64,000 nt of DNA from an uncultured Nitrospiraceae bacterium (lineage in GTDB: Bacteria; Nitrospirota; Thermodesulfovibrionia; Thermodesulfovibrionales; Dissulfurispiraceae). The stretch's first letter is position 1. Every line of letters starts with the position of its first letter. The stretch spans positions 1,280,001 to 1,344,000 of the forward strand of contig CAVSHF010000003.1 of the NCBI GenBank assembly GCA_963727805.1, written 5' to 3'. The translations under genes and the position numbers were made by a program. Shown in pieces: positions 1 to 9,268 of the stretch. Below the pieces are notes generated by a model. It saw only the letters and a program-made list of their open reading frames with translations, was not told the origin of the DNA and made no database searches.

Positions 1-1
1 C

Positions 2-652
2 CCCATTGAAAAACCCTACCCTGTAGATGCCGAACGCATCAACCTCACTGGGAAGGAGGAGATGGAAGGCTTATTCAGTATCGATCTTTTTGCTGCAATA
101 AAAAACAGACAAAGCCATAGACATTTCAAGGATGCCCCACTAACACAGAAAGAGCTATCTTTTTTGCTCTGGACAACTCAGGGGATCCGATCAAAATCCA
201 ATGAATTCGCCACTCTTCGAACAGTTCCATCGGCCGGATGCCGCCACGCACTCGAAACATATTTATGCGTTTTGAATGTCCAGGGACTGGATGCCGGAAT
301 ATACCGGTACCTACCGATTGAACATCAACTTCTCGTTGTTTCAATAGACGATGAATTGTCGAAGAAAATCGTTGAAGCCACTTTCAACCAGGTTTTTACA
401 GGACGTTCAGCGGTAACCTTTATTTGGACTACCATCCCTTATCGCATGGAATGGCGCTATGACATCGCGGCCCATAAGGTGATTGCGCTTGATGCCGGTC
501 ATGTATGCCAAAATTTGTACTTGGCATGTGCAGCTATTGGCGGCGGGGCCTGCGCAGTCGGAGCCTATCATCAGCAACTGATGGACAAGCTAGTGGCAGT
601 TGACGGTATTGATGAGTTCACGATATACCTGGCCACTGTGGGAAAGATATAA
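2..652 (+). CDS. SagB/ThcOx-family nitroreductase-like dehydrogenase (5'-partial)
   Basis: Frame is open from the window edge (PIEKPYPVD...). Motifs RQSHRHF, RTVPSAGCRHALETY and LDAGHVCQNLYLA. Confidence 0.85.
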   Translation, partial: PIEKPYPVDAERINLTGKEEMEGLFSIDLFAAIKNRQSHRHFKDAPLTQKELSFLLWTTQGIRSKSNEFATLRTVPSAGCRHALETYLCVLNVQGLDAGIYRYLPIEHQLLVVSIDDELSKKIVEATFNQVFTGRSAVTFIWTTIPYRMEWRYDIAAHKVIALDAGHVCQNLYLACAAIGGGACAVGAYHQQLMDKLVAVDGIDEFTIYLATVGKI

Positions 653-658
653 TCGTTA

Positions 659-1465
659 TCACACTTTTATCGATTTTACGTCATACCTTTCCTTCAGATA
701 TTCCGCAAAGAGATTGAAGCAAAAAGCCGTTGCCGTTATCATCATGCCGGGAAAGAATACCGTCCACGGGGCAGTTAGGATATACGCCCGGCTTGCGCTA
801 ATCATCGCTCCCCATGAAGGCGCAGGCGGCTGGACGCCGAGTCCCAGAAATCCGAGCGTGGCTTCGGCTATAATAAATCCTCCCAACTTCATCCCCATCA
901 TAACAAGTCCTACGGTCAGGCATTGCGGAACGATATGAACAAACAGTATCCTCGCATTGCTGCAGCCTATGGCCCGGGCAGCCTCCACAAAAGGAAGGCC
1001 TTTAACGATAAGGACCTGCCCTCGAATAAGCCTCGCAAAAGAAGTCCAGCCGGCTGCGGATAGAGCGATCATGGCCGTGTGAATACCGGGGGGCAGTACA
1101 ACCGATATGGCGATGGCGAGGAGCAAGGATGGGAATGAGAGGATGAAGTCCACGATTGCCATTGCCACAGTGTCAATTTTACCGCCAAAGTATCCTGCTA
1201 CGAGGCCTATGAGGGAGCCGATGCAGCAGGATGCAATAGCTGCTGCAAGGGCCACGCTTATGGATACCTTTGCTCCGTAAATCACTCGTGAAAAAATATC
1301 CCTGCCTTTATGGTCGGTGCCGAAAGGGTGTTCTGCATCGGGGGATATTTTCAGGGAGTCGAGGTCTATCCTGTTGGGATCATGGAGGGGCAGCAGGGGT
1401 GCTGCAAGGGAAAGCGCAAACAGGAAAAGGACGATGTAGAAATAGACCTTACCCGCTTTTATCAT
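659..1465 (-). CDS. dppC: Peptide/nickel ABC transporter permease, DppC/OppC type
   Basis: HPFGTDHKGRDIFSR, EAA loop FVEAARAIG, LGFLGLGVQPPAPSWG. Confidence 0.9.
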   Translation of the reverse strand: MIKAGKVYFYIVLFLFALSLAAPLLPLHDPNRIDLDSLKISPDAEHPFGTDHKGRDIFSRVIYGAKVSISVALAAAIASCCIGSLIGLVAGYFGGKIDTVAMAIVDFILSFPSLLLAIAISVVLPPGIHTAMIALSAAGWTSFARLIRGQVLIVKGLPFVEAARAIGCSNARILFVHIVPQCLTVGLVMMGMKLGGFIIAEATLGFLGLGVQPPAPSWGAMISASRAYILTAPWTVFFPGMMITATAFCFNLFAEYLKERYDVKSIKV

Positions 1466-2381
1466 GGATGCTTATCCTCGGGTCTAGATAATGGTAAAGT
1501 ATGTCGGTTAGAGTGTTGACGATCACAAATACTGCGGTACAGGTGATGATACATCCCATAATCACGGGATAATCGCGCATAATGATGCCTTCCATTGTAA
1601 ATCGCCCTATTCCGTCCCAGCCGAATATGGTCTCGGTGACTACGGCTCCGCTTAGGTAACTGCCGAAATCGAGTCCTATAATCGTCACAATGGGGATGAG
1701 CGCGTTTTTCAGGACATGGATCATTGCTATTTTTAGAGGGGCGAGCCCCTTTGCCCTTGCGGTCCTGACATATGACATGCCCATAGTTTCCTCAATGGTT
1801 AATGCCGTTACCCTGGCAAGAGAGGACATGGCCGGGAGTGCAAGTACTAGGGCAGGCAGCATCAGAAATCTCAGCCCGCCCGTACCCGATGGCGGCAGCA
1901 GCTTGAGGTTCAGACTGAAGATAAGCATTGCCATAAGCCCGCACCAGAAGATAGGAACGCTCAGGCCACCGATGGAGATTATACTGACGAGCCGCTCCAT
2001 GGGCCGGCCTTTTCGATACGCCATTACCATACCGAATGCAATGCCGCACGGAACAGCGATTGTCATTGCAGCCAAAGCGAGCGCTATGGTGTTCGGCAAC
2101 TTAGCGACCATATCGTTGAGCACATCCCTATTGGAGTAATAGGATCTTCCGAAGTTACCCTGCATAATAAGCTTCAGATATCCGAGGTATTGCCAGGCAA
2201 CCCCTTTATCCGCACCGATCTCCTTTCTGATGCTTTCGATTGTTTCAGGGTTTGCACGCTCGCCGACCATCGAATACACGGGGTCTCCCGGCAAGGCCTT
2301 TAGCAGGCAAAAAGCGGTGAACGTAACGCCCAATAGCAGCGGAAAAAGGCTTATGATCTTTTTTAGGATATATGTCTTAAT
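1449..2381 (-). CDS. dppB: Peptide/nickel ABC transporter permease, DppB/OppB type (probable ATT start)
   Basis: LPGDP, YVRTARAKGL, GAVVTETIFGWDGIG. Homology extends upstream of the track start (2333) to IKTYILKKIISLFPLLLGV, with AGGAG 8 nt before ATT at 2381. Confidence 0.88.
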   Translation of the reverse strand: MKTYILKKIISLFPLLLGVTFTAFCLLKALPGDPVYSMVGERANPETIESIRKEIGADKGVAWQYLGYLKLIMQGNFGRSYYSNRDVLNDMVAKLPNTIALALAAMTIAVPCGIAFGMVMAYRKGRPMERLVSIISIGGLSVPIFWCGLMAMLIFSLNLKLLPPSGTGGLRFLMLPALVLALPAMSSLARVTALTIEETMGMSYVRTARAKGLAPLKIAMIHVLKNALIPIVTIIGLDFGSYLSGAVVTETIFGWDGIGRFTMEGIIMRDYPVIMGCIITCTAVFVIVNTLTDILYHYLDPRISIHDKSG

Positions 2382-3972
2382 AGTCTTGGCTCCTTAAGAG
2401 GACATCAAGCCCCTTATCCATTGTATAGATCGGGTACGTTTTGAACTCAGTTACCCACGGCTGTCGTATTATATAATCTGTCTTATGCCAAAAGGGAACC
2501 CATGGCGCGGCACTTACAATGATCTCTTCCGCTTTTTGATAGAAACGGTTTCTTTGTCGTTCATTGACGGAATATTGTCCGGCCTCGATGAGATGGTCGA
2601 CTTCCCTGTTGATGTACCACGTCCTATTCCCCGCTGGTCCCAGGTTTGCGGAATCGAAAAGGGGAAAAAGAAAATTCTCAGGGTCGGGGTAATCGGCCCA
2701 CCAACTCAGCCAGAACATGTCAGGTTCACCCTTGTTGATCGCCTCCTTGTATGCGCTCCATTCGAGTTGATGGACGACTATGTTCAGCCCTACCTCTGAG
2801 AGATAACTCTGAATAATCTCGGCAAGGTCGACCGCCTCTTGATCTGCAGGGACATAAAGCGCAAGGCTTGTGCCGTAAAGCTTGTGCTCCCGCATAATCG
2901 CCTTTGCCAATGAGGGGTTGTATTGCATTATGGACCCGTCTCTATCAAGGTTCCAGGGCCTGAGCAGATCAGGGATCGGGCCTTTAGCAAGTCTGCCCCT
3001 TCCTTCATAGAAGGTTTCAAGGATTTTTTTGCGGTCTATGGCCATGGTGATCGCTCTTCTTAACGCCGGATTGTTGAGGGGTGGCCTCGAGGTATTCAAG
3101 CCGAGATAGTATGTATTCAGCCCCTGGATGGATTCTATATATTGTTTCCACTTGTTATCATGATCCAATTTTTGATAAGCGGATGCGGGTATTTGCAAAA
3201 TGTCGATATTGCCCAGTTCGAATTCGCTGAGAGCAGTTAAATCTTCAGGTATAATCCGGTAAACAATACCTCTGAGCAACGCAGTGCCACCAAAATATCG
3301 CTCGTTGCGCTTCAATATTACTTCTTGATTGGGAAGCCATTTCTCCAGGATGTAAGGGCCGGTTCCTGAAGGATTCGCCGCAAAATTCGCACCTTTCATG
3401 TTAACAATCTCTTTCGGCACAACGTACGTTGAGGTCATCGTCAACATCTTTAAAAAAGGGGAGAAAGGCCGTATAAGCCTTATCTCAAACACATAGGGGT
3501 TGACGACCCTGAATCCCTCGACTCCTTCTGCCTTTCCCTCCCGGAAACACTTTGCCCCTTCAACATTATCAAAAACCCAGGTGTTGGGAGATTTGGTCGA
3601 AGGTCTCAATATACGCTCGAAAGAATACTTGAAATCCTGAGCCGTCACCTCGCGTCCGTGCGAAAACAAGACACCTTCTTTCAGGAAGAACCGATATGAC
3701 AGACCATCATTTGAGACTTCCCATCGTTCTGCAATATCAGGAGATATACCAAGACGTTCATTGAGCCTCACCAAGCCGTTAAAAAGTTTTGCTGCTATCA
3801 GGGACGCCTGCACATCGGTGATTAGCGCGGGATCGAGAGTGGTCGGGTTTACATTTAATCGGTAGTACAGATGATCGGCAAGACGATTTTGAGCAGAGCA
3901 GCCGACAAAAGCGAGAAAAAAGGACATTATGACGAGCTTTCTGATAACTGATTTGAAAGGCTCAGGATTCAA
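2377..3972 (-). CDS. dppA: ABC transporter substrate-binding lipoprotein, family 5 (DppA/OppA)
   Basis: Lipobox-like FVGC, TLDPA, PDIAERWEVS, GTGPY, WWADYPDPENFL. True start may be a later Met. Confidence 0.9.
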   Translation of the reverse strand: MNPEPFKSVIRKLVIMSFFLAFVGCSAQNRLADHLYYRLNVNPTTLDPALITDVQASLIAAKLFNGLVRLNERLGISPDIAERWEVSNDGLSYRFFLKEGVLFSHGREVTAQDFKYSFERILRPSTKSPNTWVFDNVEGAKCFREGKAEGVEGFRVVNPYVFEIRLIRPFSPFLKMLTMTSTYVVPKEIVNMKGANFAANPSGTGPYILEKWLPNQEVILKRNERYFGGTALLRGIVYRIIPEDLTALSEFELGNIDILQIPASAYQKLDHDNKWKQYIESIQGLNTYYLGLNTSRPPLNNPALRRAITMAIDRKKILETFYEGRGRLAKGPIPDLLRPWNLDRDGSIMQYNPSLAKAIMREHKLYGTSLALYVPADQEAVDLAEIIQSYLSEVGLNIVVHQLEWSAYKEAINKGEPDMFWLSWWADYPDPENFLFPLFDSANLGPAGNRTWYINREVDHLIEAGQYSVNERQRNRFYQKAEEIIVSAAPWVPFWHKTDYIIRQPWVTEFKTYPIYTMDKGLDVLLRSQDY

Positions 3973-4094
3973 CGAACTAGAAGCCCCTCGAGATTATTGA
4001 GCCGCCGCTCAAGCTTGGCAAGCCACTGAAATGTTCTCATCCCATCTGGCTTAGCAAACTTCTTCAGGTCATCTTTTTCTGCTGTTGTTGGCAT
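3969..4094 (-). CDS. Possible 41-aa small protein (MPTTAEKDDLKKFAKPDGMRTFQWLAKLERRLNNLEGLLVR)
   Basis: Translated by hand. It fills the gap between the GSU3473-like gene and dppA, and its stop overlaps the dppA TTG. No clear RBS. Confidence 0.3.
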   Translation of the reverse strand: MPTTAEKDDLKKFAKPDGMRTFQWLAKLERRLNNLEGLLVR

Positions 4095-4112
4095 GACATT
4101 ATGGATTAGCGC

Positions 4113-4319
4113 TCACAGGGGAGGCATCTTTCTTCGTTCAAGGCCGTTATATTTATCTTTACGTTTGCTTATGCGTATCGAATCGACGCCGATAGTGACC
4201 CATCTCTCCTCTGAGTTTCGATAAAATTTTACTACTTCATTCTTATTTATCAATCGGTCAAGGAGCTCATCAGGCAGGAAAGCGCATTCGCTATCATGAT
4301 ACATCACCCAGAGACTCAT
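4113..4319 (-). CDS. GSU3473-family small protein
   Basis: Pattern VMYxD...LDRLI...FYRxSEERWVTIGVDSIR...YNGLERR. RBS GGAGGGG upstream. Confidence 0.7.
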   Translation of the reverse strand: MSLWVMYHDSECAFLPDELLDRLINKNEVVKFYRNSEERWVTIGVDSIRISKRKDKYNGLERRKMPPL

Positions 4320-4702
4320 CCTTATACCCCTCCCTAAAATCTACTACAAATGATGGCGGTTAACAGCTTCCCCCCTTGTCGCTAAAAAAACCGACCACAA
4401 TAGCTAGCCCTATGCCTGTCAACACCGCAGTCGACAAAGATATGACTTCGTACGTGGACAACAGTAAAAGCAGTGAAATACCGCCTACTATTACTACCGG
4501 CACCCAAGGTGCCCTGTTATTACTCCCTCAAACCATTCCCATCACAATCTCCTTTCGTCATGCCACCCTTATTTTTACCTATTCCGACAACTAATGTACA
4601 CCCCATATTTTTTACTGAAAAGAACTGCATTTTTGTGAGTACGGGACAGCAATAAATATCACTGTTTCGAAACCTAGTGTACCCTGCTCATTTGCACTTA
4701 TT

Positions 4703-5617
4703 CTAGATCCCCCCTTTCTCTTTTTTTACGGCATGACCTCCGAATTCATTTCTCAGGGCGGCGATAAGCTTGTCGGAGAATGAATCGGTTTGACGAGAGC
4801 GGAACCGCTGAAAAAGAGAGAGCGCAAGCACTGGTGCAGGCACCGATGCTTCGATGGCTTGGAGAATAGTCCATCGTCCCTCTCCGGAATCGTCAACATA
4901 TCCCTTAATCCGCGAAAAAGAAGGGTCTTTTTCAAAAGCATCCTCAGCGAGCTCCAGGAGCCATGAGCGGACTACGCTCCCTTGGTTCCACAGATGAGCA
5001 ACCTTCGAAAAGTTGAGTTCACCAGCATAGGGAGAGGCATTCATAATAGCGAAACCTTCGCCATAGGCTTCGAGCATTCCATATTCGATACCATTATGGA
5101 CCATCTTAACGAAGTGACCTGCTCCGGATGGTCCACAGTAAAGGTATCCGCCCGTTGGTGCAAGAGTTGCAATGGCAGGCTCTAGCTGTGTAAATACTTC
5201 CTCATCTCCCCCTATCATCTGGCAATATCCGACCTTCAATCCCCATATGCCTCCGCTCACTCCGATATCCAGATAATTAATTCCGGCAGTCTTCAGCGAC
5301 GCACTCCTTCGCAACGCATCTTTGTAAAAGCTGTTCCCACCGTCAACAATCGTATCGCCTTTCTGTAGAAGGCCGCTCAACGATTCAATATGGTCATCGA
5401 CGGTCGTGCCGGCAGGCAGCATCAGCCAGACAAATCTCGGTGTCACGAGCTTCTCGACCAGTTCTGCGAGTGAATATGCGCCCGCAGCTCCTACCTTCAC
5501 GATTTCATCGACCTTATCGGAGGACCTGTTGAACGCGACCACATCATGCCCTCCCTTTACCAGCCGTAGCGCCATATTCATCCCCATCCGTCCGAGTCCC
5601 ACCATTCCTATCTGCAT
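4703..5617 (-). CDS. gnd: 6-phosphogluconate dehydrogenase, decarboxylating (short YqeC type)
   Basis: GLGRMG, VDGGNS, GVSGG, KMVHNGIEYG, DSGEGRWT, LRNEFGGH. Confidence 0.95.
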   Translation of the reverse strand: MQIGMVGLGRMGMNMALRLVKGGHDVVAFNRSSDKVDEIVKVGAAGAYSLAELVEKLVTPRFVWLMLPAGTTVDDHIESLSGLLQKGDTIVDGGNSFYKDALRRSASLKTAGINYLDIGVSGGIWGLKVGYCQMIGGDEEVFTQLEPAIATLAPTGGYLYCGPSGAGHFVKMVHNGIEYGMLEAYGEGFAIMNASPYAGELNFSKVAHLWNQGSVVRSWLLELAEDAFEKDPSFSRIKGYVDDSGEGRWTILQAIEASVPAPVLALSLFQRFRSRQTDSFSDKLIAALRNEFGGHAVKKEKGGI

Positions 5618-5628
5618 GTACGTCCTCC

Positions 5629-6402
5629 TTATATCTGCACGTAATCCTTTTTCGACATAAGCGATGCCGCTTCCGAATCGAGAACAAACATCAAGGTGCC
5701 ATTCGAAGGCTCAACCGTTGCTGCGGGGAATACAACCTGTCTTTCCTTGATTACTCGCTTGACAATCGCCGCCTTCCTCTCACCTGTTACAACAAAGATC
5801 ACATTGGCGGCATTATTTATAACTGGCAACGTGAGGCTTATCCTCGCATACCTAACATGATCGTATTCGACGGAAATGGCAAGCCGTATTTTCTGCCTGA
5901 CCTCCGGCGACTGACTCTCAGGGGCTTCTGGAAAGAGCGAAGCCGTGTGCCCATCAAGACCAATGCCCAGGCTGATCAGGTCGAATACAGGGAGTTCGGT
6001 TCCTGTAAGCTTGAAGAAACGTTTTAACTCCTCTTCGTAGCGGGCGGCTGCCTTGGACGGTGACGATTCATTTATACTTACGGCATGAATGTTTGTTCCG
6101 GGAATTTTGACTCTGCTCAATAAAAGAGAGTTAATCATCCCAAAATTGCTATTGCTGTCGCTGAAAGGGACAAAGCGTTCATCAACAAGAAAAATATGGG
6201 TCTGATCCCAGGGGAAGGAATCCTTCAGTGCCGCGAGAGTACTGTAAAAATCTGCTGGTGTTGTTCCCCCTGAAAGGGCTGCGGCAAAAAATCCTGTGCG
6301 CGCTATCGCATGATCGGCTATTTCCCGCCACTTCTGCACGAGAAAAGCCGTCATTTCATCCTTGTCCTTAAAAACACGAATGATCAAGCCGGGACTTGCC
6401 AT
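5629..6402 (-). CDS. pgl: 6-phosphogluconolactonase
   Basis: ALSGGTTP, VDERFVP...SN, LGIGLDGHTASLFP, RISLTLPVIN. Confidence 0.93.
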   Translation of the reverse strand: MASPGLIIRVFKDKDEMTAFLVQKWREIADHAIARTGFFAAALSGGTTPADFYSTLAALKDSFPWDQTHIFLVDERFVPFSDSNSNFGMINSLLLSRVKIPGTNIHAVSINESSPSKAAARYEEELKRFFKLTGTELPVFDLISLGIGLDGHTASLFPEAPESQSPEVRQKIRLAISVEYDHVRYARISLTLPVINNAANVIFVVTGERKAAIVKRVIKERQVVFPAATVEPSNGTLMFVLDSEAASLMSKKDYVQI

Positions 6403-6408
6403 TTCGCG

Positions 6409-7950
6409 CTAAACCGTAAGCCAGCGATGACCGTCCTCTTTGATGAGGCGATCTGCTTCTGCCGGTCCCCATGACCCAGCTTCATAATTCGGGAAATCAC
6501 CGGGGGGGAAGCTTTCCCATTTTTCGATAATCGGGTCGACTACTTCCCACATGGCATCAACCATATCTTCCCTGACAAAGAGGGTGAGGTCCCCTTTCAT
6601 GCAATCGATGAGTAATCTCTCATAAGCTCTGTAGTGCTCTTGTGGAAAGATGTCGCGATAACAGAAATCCATGTTTACCGGGTATATTTGATTCTCCGAA
6701 AATGGGTACTTGACTCCAAATCGGAGGGATATCTTTTCCTCAGGCTGGATCGTCAGGGTGAGTGTGTTAGGCTCCATAACATCGCAGGTGCGTCCGAAAA
6801 GTCTGAGCGGAAGCTGCTTGAACTGAAGGCAGATTTCGGTAACGCGTCTCTTCAGCCGCTTACCGGTGCGCACATAGAAGGGGACTTTAGCCCATCTCAG
6901 GTTATCAACATAGAACTTTCCCGCGAAAAAAGTCGGGATAACGGATAATGGTGATACCTTTTGTTCTTCCCGGTAACTCGGAACAGTTGTGCTATTTATT
7001 TTCCCTCCTCCATACTGCCCACGAACCATATACTTGTCTATATATTTACTCTCCATGGCCCTGATGGAGCGTACCACCTTGATCTTTTCATCTCTGATAT
7101 AATCTGCTTTAAATCCGATCGGCGGCTCCATGGCTATCATACCGATCAGTTGCAGAACATGGTTCTGGACAATATCCCGGACAATCCCATTCCTTTCATA
7201 AAATTCCCCTCGGAGCTCAATACCAATATCTTCCGCTACGGTTATCTGAACATTGTCAATATGCCGCTCATTCCAGAGCCGTTCGAATATAGGGTTAGTA
7301 AAACGAAGAAACATGATATTCTGAACGGTCTCTTTTCCGAGATAATGGTCGATGCGATATATCTGAGTCTCGTCAAAAGCATCTCTCAATATCGCGTTCA
7401 ACATGCCCGCGCTCTCTTGGTTCATACCCACCGGCTTTTCAACTATGATCTTTGCGTTTTTACAGAGGCTATGGTCCTTAAGAGCTTTAACGATTCCCGG
7501 GGTAGATTCAGGCGGGACGGCCAGATAATAAACAACCTCTTTGCTACCCTTCTGTGTCCTGATCGAAATCTCGTCGATTCGGGCGGATAGGCGTCTCATA
7601 GTGGCCTCCTCCCCGACATGGCCGGAAACGTAATAAAGATGCGAGATGAATTCTTCCAATGCCGACTCGCTATAAGATTTGACGGAATACTCTTCTAGGA
7701 ACTCCTTTATCAGAATCCGGAACTCGGCGTCCGTCATGCCGGTCCTCCCGAAGCCGAGTATCGAGAAATGTTTAGGTAACTCCCCATTTTTATGGAGATC
7801 AAACAGAGTCGGCATAAGCTTCTTTCTGCTCAAATCTCCGGTTCCCCCGAAGATCAGTAGAGTAAATGGTTCGATCTTTGATGCCTCTGTCGGTATGTCG
7901 CAGGCCTGGAGATACCTGCTGTCGATGACTTCATTAGTGTTAGCTGTCAT
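6409..7950 (-). CDS. zwf: Glucose-6-phosphate 1-dehydrogenase
   Basis: FGGTGDLSRKKL, EKP, RIDHYLGKETVQN, RTGKRL. Confidence 0.96.
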   Translation of the reverse strand: MTANTNEVIDSRYLQACDIPTEASKIEPFTLLIFGGTGDLSRKKLMPTLFDLHKNGELPKHFSILGFGRTGMTDAEFRILIKEFLEEYSVKSYSESALEEFISHLYYVSGHVGEEATMRRLSARIDEISIRTQKGSKEVVYYLAVPPESTPGIVKALKDHSLCKNAKIIVEKPVGMNQESAGMLNAILRDAFDETQIYRIDHYLGKETVQNIMFLRFTNPIFERLWNERHIDNVQITVAEDIGIELRGEFYERNGIVRDIVQNHVLQLIGMIAMEPPIGFKADYIRDEKIKVVRSIRAMESKYIDKYMVRGQYGGGKINSTTVPSYREEQKVSPLSVIPTFFAGKFYVDNLRWAKVPFYVRTGKRLKRRVTEICLQFKQLPLRLFGRTCDVMEPNTLTLTIQPEEKISLRFGVKYPFSENQIYPVNMDFCYRDIFPQEHYRAYERLLIDCMKGDLTLFVREDMVDAMWEVVDPIIEKWESFPPGDFPNYEAGSWGPAEADRLIKEDGHRWLTV

Positions 7951-8405
7951 GTCTGCAAAAACTCCTTTTCGATGGCAGTGACCTTGCCGAGTCTCCTGAC
8001 GTGTCTTTCAGCCTCTGAAAATCTCGCCACCAGAAAAAACGAAACGAGCTCCTTGGCAAGTTCTTCGCCGATAACTCTGGCTCCAAGACAGAGGATATTG
8101 ATGTTGTCATCCTCGACGCCCTGATGGGCTGAAAACGAGTCATGGCAGAGAGCGGCTCTTATGCCTGGGAATTTATTCGCGGCGACCGATGCGCCGACCC
8201 CGCTTCCGCATATCAAGATGCCCCTATCTGCGCCTCCTTTTAGAATCGTCTCCGCAACTGCCCTCGCAAAATCGGGATAGTCGTCCAAAGGCTCATGAAC
8301 AAAAGCGCCCGCATCTATGACGTCATGTCCTTTGTCAGATAAAAAGTGTGCGATTATCCCCTTAAGATCAAACCCGCCATGGTCGGAAGCAATCACTATT
8401 TTCAT
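7947..8405 (-). CDS. rpiB: Ribose-5-phosphate isomerase B
   Basis: ASDHGG, DYPD, ICGSGVG, ANKFPGIRAA, RHVRRL. Confidence 0.95.
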   Translation of the reverse strand: MKIVIASDHGGFDLKGIIAHFLSDKGHDVIDAGAFVHEPLDDYPDFARAVAETILKGGADRGILICGSGVGASVAANKFPGIRAALCHDSFSAHQGVEDDNINILCLGARVIGEELAKELVSFFLVARFSEAERHVRRLGKVTAIEKEFLQT

Positions 8406-9268
8406 AACGCGATTAAGAGGTTCCAGTCCGCAGAGAATCTTTCCATACCCTTTACCGTCAGGTCATGCGAGATATCGAACTTCTTCCAAGGCTTCGAAAG
8501 ATCGATTTCCTTGTAAGGAATTGTTTTCAGGCCTTTTGTATCGTAATTATATCGCTTATCAGGTAAAGGCAGGCCTCGAGACCCCCATTCCTTCACTATC
8601 TCGTACGGTACCGTCACGATATCGGAGCCTAATGCGATCGCATAGAGAAGGTGTTCTATGCTTCTGACACTCGCTGTCAACACTTCAACGTGGTGATCAC
8701 TGTTTCTGTACATGCGGAGGATATTCGAAATAAGGTCTATGCCGTTTTCACCCCTGTCGTCGAGCCGGCCAATGAAGGGGGAAACGAATACATCTCCCTT
8801 GTTCGCACTTCTGGTGGCGGCATAGACGGCAGCGGCTTGCTCCTGGGTGAAGCAAAGCGTCATGTTCACCCTTATGCCGTTCTTCACCGCCTGCTCTGCA
8901 GCCTTGAGACCCTCGGCTGATAAAGGGAATTTGACATGGGCATTGGGAATCCATGAAAACATTTCTTTACCTTGTGAAAACATCACCTCAGCTTTCGTGG
9001 ATGTGTCGGCATAAACCTCGACAGATACCGAGCCACCCGGTATCAGACTCGATATCTCGGTCACCACATCCCGATAGAAGCTGAATATTTCCTTTTGGTT
9101 AAATTTCCCCCCTCTCTTGAGACGCTCCTGCGCTTCAGGGTTTTTCGAAATGAGCGTCGGATTCGTCGTCTGGCCATCGAGAAAGCCGAGAATCCTGATA
9201 CTATCTCTCGTTTCCTCAGGATTGCCGCCATCAAGAAAAATTCGGGTTTGTAGATTAGCCGGTCTCAT
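8402..9268 (-). CDS. tal: Transaldolase
   Basis: TTNPTLI, VSVEV, NMTLCF, VSPFIGRLDD. Confidence 0.9.
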   Translation of the reverse strand: MRPANLQTRIFLDGGNPEETRDSIRILGFLDGQTTNPTLISKNPEAQERLKRGGKFNQKEIFSFYRDVVTEISSLIPGGSVSVEVYADTSTKAEVMFSQGKEMFSWIPNAHVKFPLSAEGLKAAEQAVKNGIRVNMTLCFTQEQAAAVYAATRSANKGDVFVSPFIGRLDDRGENGIDLISNILRMYRNSDHHVEVLTASVRSIEHLLYAIALGSDIVTVPYEIVKEWGSRGLPLPDKRYNYDTKGLKTIPYKEIDLSKPWKKFDISHDLTVKGMERFSADWNLLIAL

